Shown here: in pieces, positions 56,867 through 64,000 of the stretch
Numbering within the stretch: position 1 is the first letter of the stretch
Layout of the letters: each line of letters begins with the position of its first letter
IMG/VR virus record: IMGVR_UViG_3300029690_000340
Strand: one strand, 5' to 3'
DNA length: 64,000 nucleotides
DNA from: a virus
The notes under the pieces: model-generated
Told to the model about the DNA's origin: nothing
Databases searched by the model: none
What the model saw: only the letters and a program-made list of their open reading frames with translations
Position numbers and translations under genes: made by a program

Positions 56867-57628
56867 ATGATTAAAAGTTTGAACAAAGCATATCAGACCG
56901 ATTCCATGTATTACTGGTGTAACGCCGAGGGCGAGGTAAACTATCCCGGTTCTGGGTTTTCGACAGGTGACTCTGAGCGGCTTCCCGCTGCGGTGAAGGA
57001 ACTGTACGAACACTATCAGTTCAGCCCCGGCTGCGACGCAAATCTCTATACGGTCACTTACAGCGGCGAGGATGGGATGCTCCTCACGACGATGTTCAAC
57101 AGTAACTGGATGGATGTCCCTGCTGTCAAGGACGCCAAACAGAAGGCGAGGAAAGCGCTCCGCAGCATTGCAACGGAACTGACCAGACAGTGCAAGCCGT
57201 GGGGGACCGTTCTGTTCGGCGAGGATACCGACCCGGAGGGTGACGAAATTGCCCTGTTTGTCCCTGCGCAGGAGTGTGCGAGTCACTTTGAGGAAGCGGT
57301 AAAGCTCTTCGATGCCAGCGCCTTCTTTGAGCGAGTCAGGGACAAGGTTGCGGAATGCCGCTATCTTGTGTTCCTTAATAGCTCGTATGTGCGCGACGCG
57401 CAGGGCTACTTCCCCCAGCAGCTGTCCGAGGATGCTGACCCGATGGATGAATCCCAGGAGGGCAACTGGGCGGACTGCGGTGGTCCCATGCTCATCATGG
57501 ACGTATACGCAGCCTCCAAGGCCGAGGTCGCCCAGAAGATTGCCGAGGCATATCCCAATGTGGATATGGCAGTCTTCAAGATTCTCCGCTGCGACGGGGA
57601 AATGACAGAGGTGACGGCCCTTGTATAA
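56867..57628 (+). CDS. hypothetical protein
   Basis: RBS AAAGGAGAAATG. Confidence 0.4.
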   Translation: MIKSLNKAYQTDSMYYWCNAEGEVNYPGSGFSTGDSERLPAAVKELYEHYQFSPGCDANLYTVTYSGEDGMLLTTMFNSNWMDVPAVKDAKQKARKALRSIATELTRQCKPWGTVLFGEDTDPEGDEIALFVPAQECASHFEEAVKLFDASAFFERVRDKVAECRYLVFLNSSYVRDAQGYFPQQLSEDADPMDESQEGNWADCGGPMLIMDVYAASKAEVAQKIAEAYPNVDMAVFKILRCDGEMTEVTALV

Positions 57629-57833
57629 AATCAAGAACCTGACGTCTCTGCTGCATACCGTGGAAGCCGGCAGATACGGCAGCCTACCCGTCTATACACT
57701 GCACGGGGAGAAGGTCTGGAACAGAATCGGCGACCGCGTGGAACTGCACCTTGGCAACGGAAATAATGTTCTCTGCTCTGAGAAAGTGTTCCGGAAGGTC
57801 GAACCCTTTCTGGAGGCCATTCCCAAGTCTTAA
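57621..57833 (+). CDS. small hypothetical protein (70 aa), TTG start
   Basis: TTG 7 nt after AGAGGTGA. Overlaps the previous stop. Confidence 0.25.
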   Translation: MYKIKNLTSLLHTVEAGRYGSLPVYTLHGEKVWNRIGDRVELHLGNGNNVLCSEKVFRKVEPFLEAIPKS

Positions 57834-57837
57834 ACCT

Positions 57838-57869
57838 GAGCGCCGCCCCTTTGTGGGCGGCGCTTTTTC
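57838..57869 (+). terminator. rho-independent terminator
   Basis: GAGCGCCGCCCCTTTGTGGGCGGCGCT + TTTTC. Confidence 0.7.
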
Positions 57870-57874
57870 TTTTT

Positions 57875-58067
57875 GCCTTTTCACACTCCAAATTCGAGGT
57901 TCCTCGGTTCTTAGGTTCCAATTTGCAAAATGCGGAGTTTTCCGTGCCTGCCGGTATGCTGAGACCATACAAAAGAAGTATCACAAACACAAAGAAAATT
58001 CAGTCAGCGTCCATACGGATGCTGGCTTTTATATATCAAAAAAATTTCAAAAAAGGAGAATTAAAAA
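57875..58067. repeat. repeated intergenic regulatory cassette, copy 6 of 6
   Basis: Core conserved. Hairpin CAGCGTCCATACGGATGCTG. Upstream GGTTCCTCGGTTCTTAGGTTCC motif. Confidence 0.6.
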
Positions 58068-58613
58068 ATGGAAAAAATGATTCAAATTGCAGAAAGCTAC
58101 GGATGGGCAGTCGATATGGACAGCGATAGCATCGAATTTAACCAGTGCAGTCCGGCGGGGGAAGATTTCTCCTTCACGGTTCTGACGAAAGACGCATCTG
58201 ACGCCGAGAGTCTTGCAGCCGAAGTCCGTTCTTACGCGGACAGCTTCGATACCGAGGAACACGTCAAGATGTTGGTCGATGCGCAGGGCAGCGTGAGTGG
58301 TGTGCCAGACATCAAGACGTTGGTGGAAGACGCTGACGCCATCCAAGAGATGCTCAACGACCTTGCTGACGCTCTTGAAAATGGCGACGCCAACACAGAT
58401 GACGAGGAGACTGAAGCCTGCGGCCTCGAAGGCACTTACGAGTGGCTTCTGAACAACTTCGACATCGACGGCACGGCGGGTCGCATTATCCACAATGTTT
58501 TGGAGTATGCCGACCGCATGACTGGCGACGAGCAGTATGAGTTCTTGACGGAGATGCTGGATGGAACGATTGGTCTGTCTGACCGCGAAATCAGGAATCT
58601 CTGCTGGAACTGA
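58068..58613 (+). CDS. acidic hypothetical protein
   Basis: RBS AAAAGGAGAATT. D/E-rich. Confidence 0.4.
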   Translation: MEKMIQIAESYGWAVDMDSDSIEFNQCSPAGEDFSFTVLTKDASDAESLAAEVRSYADSFDTEEHVKMLVDAQGSVSGVPDIKTLVEDADAIQEMLNDLADALENGDANTDDEETEACGLEGTYEWLLNNFDIDGTAGRIIHNVLEYADRMTGDEQYEFLTEMLDGTIGLSDREIRNLCWN

Positions 58614-58628
58614 GTGGGGGATAACCCT

Positions 58629-58859
58629 ATGAAGAAACTGACTGTTTTCGACTTTTGCAGCCAAATCGGTGCCGCCAGCGATGAAATCCCTGTCGTAGTT
58701 CGCGTCGGCTTGCAGGAGATTGGGCATTTTCGCAGCCTATACCAGATTCCGGCAGTCGCTATGCCGGGTATCCTGGAAGCAAAAGTGACATTCGTGACTG
58801 TCAAATGTACGCAAATTATCATCCAAGTGAAGACGAAGGATTACAACACAACCATTTGA
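58629..58859 (+). CDS. small hypothetical protein (76 aa)
   Basis: ATG after GAGTGGGGGATAACCCT. Confidence 0.3.
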   Translation: MKKLTVFDFCSQIGAASDEIPVVVRVGLQEIGHFRSLYQIPAVAMPGILEAKVTFVTVKCTQIIIQVKTKDYNTTI

Positions 58860-58881
58860 AAACCGAAAGGAGAAGATTTCT

Positions 58882-59073
58882 ATGTTTTATGTTTTGGATT
58901 TCCATTCTCACCGGTTCACTACCTGTGAGACCGTAGAGGAAGTGAACGAGAAGCTCAAGCAGCTTCAGGATTCCGGTGTTGCCGAGGACGAAATCTCCGT
59001 CATCAATCGACTGGTCGATGACTGTGAAATGAGTATCAACGCTTACCGGGATTTTGCACGCAGCTACTGCTGA
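58882..59073 (+). CDS. small hypothetical protein (63 aa)
   Basis: RBS AAAGGAGAAG. Confidence 0.3.
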   Translation: MFYVLDFHSHRFTTCETVEEVNEKLKQLQDSGVAEDEISVINRLVDDCEMSINAYRDFARSYC

Positions 59074-59095
59074 ACGCGGAAAGGAGAAGTAAAAA

Positions 59096-60010
59096 ATGAA
59101 TCAGGAAATGGTAAAAGCTGAAAAGCGATTCGCAAACCACAAGGCACGCCTCGACATTCTGGACGAAAACGTGCGCGTTCTGAACTGGAGACAGCCAGGG
59201 ACGCAGGCGTACGCGATTCGTGCGGTGATGGACGGCTATCATGTGTATATCACCGGAGACCTTGGCTCTGCGGTCATTTGCCTGACGGAGACTGCCACTT
59301 TGAAGGCTCTTTCCGGCTACTGGAAGAAACCCGGCTATTTCATGGAGAAGTTTGTCTGCACAACGGACGACTACTTCTTTGATTACGAAACGGCCAAGGG
59401 TGAGCTTCGTGAGCGCAAGACCATGTTGCTGGAAGCGTATAGGGACAATCATCCCGATATGCTCGCAAACGGAGAAACAGAGTATCAGGACGACCTCGAC
59501 GAGAGAGAAACGGACCTGCTGGGCAGCTTCAACTCTAAGAAGGGCTTCGCAGCAAATCCCGATGCCTTCTCCGCATGGCTGGAGATGGACGAGGACGGCG
59601 TGGAGACCGTCCCGTATATGGGACGAACCATCGCACACCGCATTTGGCTGTGGCTGGCCGCGTTCAAGATGGCCTATGAGGCGCTTCAAGACACCTCCAC
59701 CGAGCGTTACACGCAGGAGTACCTGGACGCCATTGAGCGGAATACTCCACCCCGCAACGGCGCACCCATCGGCCGAGACTCCTTCGAGTGGGCCGGATGC
59801 GCAGAAGAGTTGAGTGTCTGCAACGTAGCACATCTGCTGGCTGCCGCCAAGCGGACGCCGGGATATTTTCAGGTTCGTTCCGCGCTCTGCGGTATGCCTG
59901 TCATCAGAGAACGTTATGCGGACACAATGGCACTGCTCAACAAGGTAAAGGGTACAGACGCCTACGATATCCTTGCCCAGCTGATGCAGCAGGCGGAAAG
60001 GGAGGCGTAA
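59096..60010 (+). CDS. hypothetical protein
   Basis: RBS GAAAGGAGAAG. Confidence 0.4.
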   Translation: MNQEMVKAEKRFANHKARLDILDENVRVLNWRQPGTQAYAIRAVMDGYHVYITGDLGSAVICLTETATLKALSGYWKKPGYFMEKFVCTTDDYFFDYETAKGELRERKTMLLEAYRDNHPDMLANGETEYQDDLDERETDLLGSFNSKKGFAANPDAFSAWLEMDEDGVETVPYMGRTIAHRIWLWLAAFKMAYEALQDTSTERYTQEYLDAIERNTPPRNGAPIGRDSFEWAGCAEELSVCNVAHLLAAAKRTPGYFQVRSALCGMPVIRERYADTMALLNKVKGTDAYDILAQLMQQAEREA

Positions 60011-60011
60011 A

Positions 60012-60794
60012 ATGAGCATGACAATCTTCGATGCGTGGCACATCGGAAAGCCGCAGAGTATCTACGACCTCACGATTATGGCGCGTTGCGTACAGGGTAT
60101 TCAGGAAGAAACACGAGCGGCGGATATCGCCGAAGATGTAGTTTCTTCTGCCTTGCTGCCGTGGCTCAGAAGCGCTCTTGAGTTCTTCGGAGATGACGCG
60201 GCGGATGAATTCGCCATTCTCGTCGGCGGCGCGGTCTACCCCGTCTTACTGCGGAATTCGTGGCGAGCCACATGGTTATTCCCGTCTGAGGAGCGCAAAG
60301 GCTTGGAGGAGTTCCTGACCAAACATCTGGAAGGGAAAGATGTCCCCAATCGTAAAGAAAGCATGGAAAATTTGCAGGCTGTCTGCGAGGCGGTCTACGA
60401 ATTCTCCGCGCAGTCCAATCCAAGCCTCTGCTTCCTGAGCGATTCTGCCGGGAAAGACGTCTATGTAAGGGGTTTTGGCTTAACAAAAAAAGCCACCCAG
60501 TACCTTGATTCGCTCTATGAGCGTTTCGAGTATACGAACGCCTGCGAAATGGACGAACGCGATTTCCCCGCGTTGAAGAAGCAGCTCGCCGCGTCTTCGG
60601 ATAAGGCGGCGCTGCTCAGCAAGGCACAGGAGGAACGCGGTGCGCTCTGGGATGACGCTCTGAATGGCTGTACGCGGTTCAAGGATGCTGCCCTTACTTT
60701 CGACCTGGATGACACGGGAAATAAAGCAAAAAAGGTCGCGGAGCTTCGCAAGGCAGCCAAAATCATTTTTGAAGAAGGGAAAGGAGAGAAATGA
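60012..60794 (+). CDS. hypothetical protein
   Basis: RBS GGAGGGAGG. Start 1 nt after the previous stop. Confidence 0.4.
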   Translation: MSMTIFDAWHIGKPQSIYDLTIMARCVQGIQEETRAADIAEDVVSSALLPWLRSALEFFGDDAADEFAILVGGAVYPVLLRNSWRATWLFPSEERKGLEEFLTKHLEGKDVPNRKESMENLQAVCEAVYEFSAQSNPSLCFLSDSAGKDVYVRGFGLTKKATQYLDSLYERFEYTNACEMDERDFPALKKQLAASSDKAALLSKAQEERGALWDDALNGCTRFKDAALTFDLDDTGNKAKKVAELRKAAKIIFEEGKGEK

Positions 60795-61207
60795 CAATGA
60801 GAACATTGGTGCGTTTTGAATATGACATTGAGAACGTGAAGCTGTTCGATATCGTGGATGGCGGCGCTGTGCATGGTGCGTTCAATGGCAACCTAACCAT
60901 TTACTTCGACATGAGCGAGGATGGGAAGCTGCTGGATGAATCCAAGCAGGCGCTCCGTCTGGAGGCGCGGCGCATCTGCCGTGCGCTCAAGAACCGGGGG
61001 ATGAATGCTACCGTGTCCATCCTGAACGCCGATACGAAGGCCGTATATGGCCGCGTGTTTGCTGAGCACCCTGAAATCTTCACGCTTCTCCTGTGGAACC
61101 ACGGGAGAGGGAATGACCTGTCGAAGGAACAGCACGCGCTTACGCCGTCCGGCGTATACAAGGCGCTGGAGCGTATCCTCACGGACATTCGTTCCAACGC
61201 GGCGTGA
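60791..61207 (+). CDS. hypothetical protein
   Basis: RBS GAAAGGAGAG. Overlaps the previous stop (ATGA). Confidence 0.4.
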   Translation: MTMRTLVRFEYDIENVKLFDIVDGGAVHGAFNGNLTIYFDMSEDGKLLDESKQALRLEARRICRALKNRGMNATVSILNADTKAVYGRVFAEHPEIFTLLLWNHGRGNDLSKEQHALTPSGVYKALERILTDIRSNAA

Positions 61208-61223
61208 GAGGGGAGGCGGAGAC

Positions 61224-61769
61224 ATGGGATGCTTTTCCTGGCTTTTTGCCGATACTGACAACACACAGAACCTGCGTACTGACCGGGCAGGCTATATTGC
61301 CTGCCCGGACGGGACCTTTATCCACGAGCCATGCTATGAAGGCTACGGCGAGTTCAACGGGCAGGATGTGTACGAACTGGTCGTTCGGTGGAACCGCGCA
61401 TTCATCGCGGAGAATCCGGACTTCCTGCTTCCGCATATCCACCGCTTCTACAACGGGAGCGTAAAGCAGTACCGTCTGAAGGATTTCAGATGGTATCCGG
61501 TCATTGCAGACCTGTCCATCCCGTTTGAGCAGCTGCGTGACGCGCTCGACAAGCATCTGAGGGAACCCGTCAGCTTATACCGGCCCTATAGTGCCGAGCT
61601 TCGCGGCGTCGGCATCGACATTGCCTGCTACAACGAGGACAATGCAGCTCTTCCGTATCCCATCAAGATTACCCGGAAGATGCGGGGCGTCCACTATGAA
61701 GACCTTCCAGCAAGCAAAAATGACCCGGAACAGGGAGCGGGAATCTACCATGCCGTGAGATGGCAATAA
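61224..61769 (+). CDS. hypothetical protein
   Basis: RBS GAGGGGAGG + ATG. In frame with listed ORF 61047..61769. Confidence 0.4.
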   Translation: MGCFSWLFADTDNTQNLRTDRAGYIACPDGTFIHEPCYEGYGEFNGQDVYELVVRWNRAFIAENPDFLLPHIHRFYNGSVKQYRLKDFRWYPVIADLSIPFEQLRDALDKHLREPVSLYRPYSAELRGVGIDIACYNEDNAALPYPIKITRKMRGVHYEDLPASKNDPEQGAGIYHAVRWQ

Positions 61770-61844
61770 TTTTATCGGAAAGGAGAATGCCGTTTCTCCC
61801 CCACGCGCCGAAAGGCGTGGGGGGAGGAGCGGCCAATACTTTTT

Positions 61845-63599
61845 ATGAACGTGAAAAGAAAATTTACCGCATTTGCTGCGGCTTTTTTGCTGCTGCTTTT
61901 CGCGACGCCAAGCTCCGCAGCATTAGAATTTGAGACCGATACGGAGGTGCGAGACGCAACGTATAACACTGAGCCGACTCAGAGTCTTGAAGCCGGCGTG
62001 CCGGACGGTATCCCGGAAGAAATGCTTGAGACAGAAGGTGAGACCACACGGGCGCAGTTCCTGACCATGCTGGTGAACCTCGCAAACCCGGAGCTTGATA
62101 CGGTTCAGAGCACATCGTTCCCCGATGTTCCGGAGAACGCATACTACGCGCTTCAGGTGAGCTGGGCAAAGGCAAACGGAATCATAAATGGCACGGCGGC
62201 CGGCGTACTGGAGCCGGACACACCGCTGACACGGAATGAGGCCGCTGTGATGGCTGCCCGTCTGGCAAAGGCGATGGGCTGTGACGCCGCTCCGCTTTCA
62301 TCCCGCACGCTGCTTGCGTGCGCTGACGCCGCGCAGGTCCCGCTTTACGCGAGAAGAGCTGTGAAATGGTGCATGGAGAACGGCATCCTGACCGCTTCAG
62401 AAAAAGGATTCGAGCCGAAAGGCACGATGAATCATAAAGAAGCTGTCGATATGATTCTCGCACTCGGCTGCTGGCTCCAGAATAACGGACCTGTTGTCCG
62501 GACAATCCCGGCGTCAGCCGTGGTGCAGGCCACAGAACAGCACGCAGCGTTGCAAAACAGAATCAATGCGATTGCAAAAAAGTACGGTGCGGTCGGTCTG
62601 TCGATTGCGTACATTAAGGACGGCCATGTATCAGATACCTTTGCGTATGGAGAGGCGGTTCGCGGAGTATCAGCCATGACAGCAGATACGAAAGTTCGGG
62701 CTGCGTCCATCTCAAAAGTGCTTGTTGGTATGGCAGCGAGCCTTTCCGCAGAAGAAGGAACGATGACTCTCGATACAGAGCTGGACACCTACCTCGGTTT
62801 TCCCATCCACAAAGCACAGGAAGGAGACCACATTACAGTCCGTTCCGTTCTCACACATACATCTTCTCTCAGGGCACCGGAGGATGTATCAAGAAGCTAT
62901 GAGGGGATGAAGACGCGACTCATGTCTTCGTCTGCGACACGCGAGGTCTGTTCCGGCAACTTGGAAAACTGGCTGTATAACAACTACGCCTTCTCTGCAC
63001 TGGGGCTTGCGGTCGAGCGAGCAAACAGCTGCACGATGGACGAGCTGCTTGGACATTACCTCTACCGTCCACTGTCCATCGACGCGGCATTCCGAACAGG
63101 GAGTGTATCCGATACGAAAAAACTGGCGGTGCTCTACCGTGCCGATGGCAGCACGGGCCTGTCCTACCAGGAAATGCTCAAGGCTATTGATGACGAACTG
63201 CCCGGTACGGACGGCAGTGGATTCGCAGGCGGACTCACCATCAGCGCCTACGACCTTGGAAAAATTGTGGCGTTGCTTGCCGGTGATGGCAAATACGAGG
63301 GCGCACAGTACCTTTCTCCGTCCATCGTCTCCACATTGGAGTCACACGGCGATAAGGCTGTGTCCGGCGGATTCTACCAGTGCCAGCCTCTGCGTCTGCG
63401 AGCCAATACCTATGGGCAGAGCAGATTGTTCTATCACACCGGCAGCGCATACGGTGCGTACAACCTCATGTGCTACAATCCTGACACGGGCTGCGGCGTG
63501 GTCGTACTTACCTCCGGAGCCAGCGGAAAGAAAGATACCGCCGGCATCTACGCTGTGTGCGGAGAAATCAGTAACCTGCTTTTTGCCGCAAACCCCTGA
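61845..63599 (+). CDS. SLH-domain protein fused to a serine beta-lactamase/transpeptidase-family (PBP-like) domain
   Basis: Signal peptide. SLH-type repeats (FPDVPENAYYALQVSWAKANGIINGT...). SxxK active-site motif AASISKV within a beta-lactamase-fold region. Confidence 0.55.
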   Translation: MNVKRKFTAFAAAFLLLLFATPSSAALEFETDTEVRDATYNTEPTQSLEAGVPDGIPEEMLETEGETTRAQFLTMLVNLANPELDTVQSTSFPDVPENAYYALQVSWAKANGIINGTAAGVLEPDTPLTRNEAAVMAARLAKAMGCDAAPLSSRTLLACADAAQVPLYARRAVKWCMENGILTASEKGFEPKGTMNHKEAVDMILALGCWLQNNGPVVRTIPASAVVQATEQHAALQNRINAIAKKYGAVGLSIAYIKDGHVSDTFAYGEAVRGVSAMTADTKVRAASISKVLVGMAASLSAEEGTMTLDTELDTYLGFPIHKAQEGDHITVRSVLTHTSSLRAPEDVSRSYEGMKTRLMSSSATREVCSGNLENWLYNNYAFSALGLAVERANSCTMDELLGHYLYRPLSIDAAFRTGSVSDTKKLAVLYRADGSTGLSYQEMLKAIDDELPGTDGSGFAGGLTISAYDLGKIVALLAGDGKYEGAQYLSPSIVSTLESHGDKAVSGGFYQCQPLRLRANTYGQSRLFYHTGSAYGAYNLMCYNPDTGCGVVVLTSGASGKKDTAGIYAVCGEISNLLFAANP

Positions 63600-63643
63600 A
63601 TTATCTTTCCGGAACAGAAATAAAACACAAAAGGAGAAGCAAA

Positions 63644-63943
63644 ATGGGACTCTTAAACTACACGGTTATGGAACAGCCTTACACCGCCGCAGAAATTCTG
63701 AAAAATCTCGATGATGACGGCCAAATTTCCGGTGTCGTTGGCATCTCGCTGGATGACATCATTGAAAATGACATGGAAGGATTCGATGATATTCTTACCG
63801 AGCGTCTCGTCGGGCTGAATTGCTGCCTATCGGAAATCAGCTACGATGTCGTTGGTGTAGAGCCTGACGAAAACTTTCTGCATATCCGCGTATCCGGATA
63901 TGTGGATGATGTGGATTATCTTGAGAGCCAATGCGATAAATAG
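63644..63943 (+). CDS. acidic hypothetical protein (99 aa)
   Basis: RBS AAAAGGAGAAG. Confidence 0.35.
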   Translation: MGLLNYTVMEQPYTAAEILKNLDDDGQISGVVGISLDDIIENDMEGFDDILTERLVGLNCCLSEISYDVVGVEPDENFLHIRVSGYVDDVDYLESQCDK

Positions 63944-64000
63944 TTTTTGCCACCCTTCGGGGCTAAAACTGAATCCGCATTCAGCGAACCGCAAACCGCG

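Noticed and set aside
53660-57968. Minus-strand ORFs starting MVSAYR... (53660-53971, 57684-57968, 6730-7338)
   Set aside because: Their similar peptides arise because they read through copies of the conserved intergenic cassette. No independent coding evidence.

Overview
All convincing genes lie on the + strand of this GC-rich (~55-58%) window. I read it as one Firmicutes/Clostridia-type mobile element: a Gram-positive (MPF-FA-like) type IV secretion/conjugation backbone with a phage-like recombination/replication set and many small cargo genes. The conjugation genes are a Maff2/pilin-like protein, a VirB6/TrbL-like protein, a CHAP+lysozyme cell-wall hydrolase, a VirD4 coupling ATPase, signal peptidase I, a PrgI/VirB3-like protein and a VirB4 ATPase. 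The recombination/replication genes are an ERF annealing protein, a zinc-finger primase, a UvrD-family helicase and uracil-DNA glycosylase. Other cargo includes a CbbQ/NorQ-type AAA+ ATPase with a VWA partner, a membrane NERD protein, a YwbE-family protein, flotillin, a sigma-70 factor, a radical SAM protein and two SLH-anchored enzymes. The most striking locus is at 41.7-43.7 kb. An IscB (compact Cas9-ancestor, HNH + split RuvC) ORF sits directly behind a 4-repeat/3-spacer CRISPR-like array. Upstream of the array is a ~330-nt structured element that carries an anti-repeat complementary to the array repeats, arranged like a tracrRNA. A ~90% identical orphan copy of that element, with two degenerate repeats, lies 1.3 kb upstream. 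The IscB appears to have lost all three RuvC catalytic carboxylate/histidine positions while keeping HNH. Two further repeated regulatory elements are visible: a conserved TTGACA-N17-extended-10 promoter (five copies) and a ~180-bp intergenic cassette (six copies) whose hairpin shows compensatory substitutions. Long minus-strand ORFs in the provided track are antisense artefacts of GC-rich coding DNA or of the repeated cassette.
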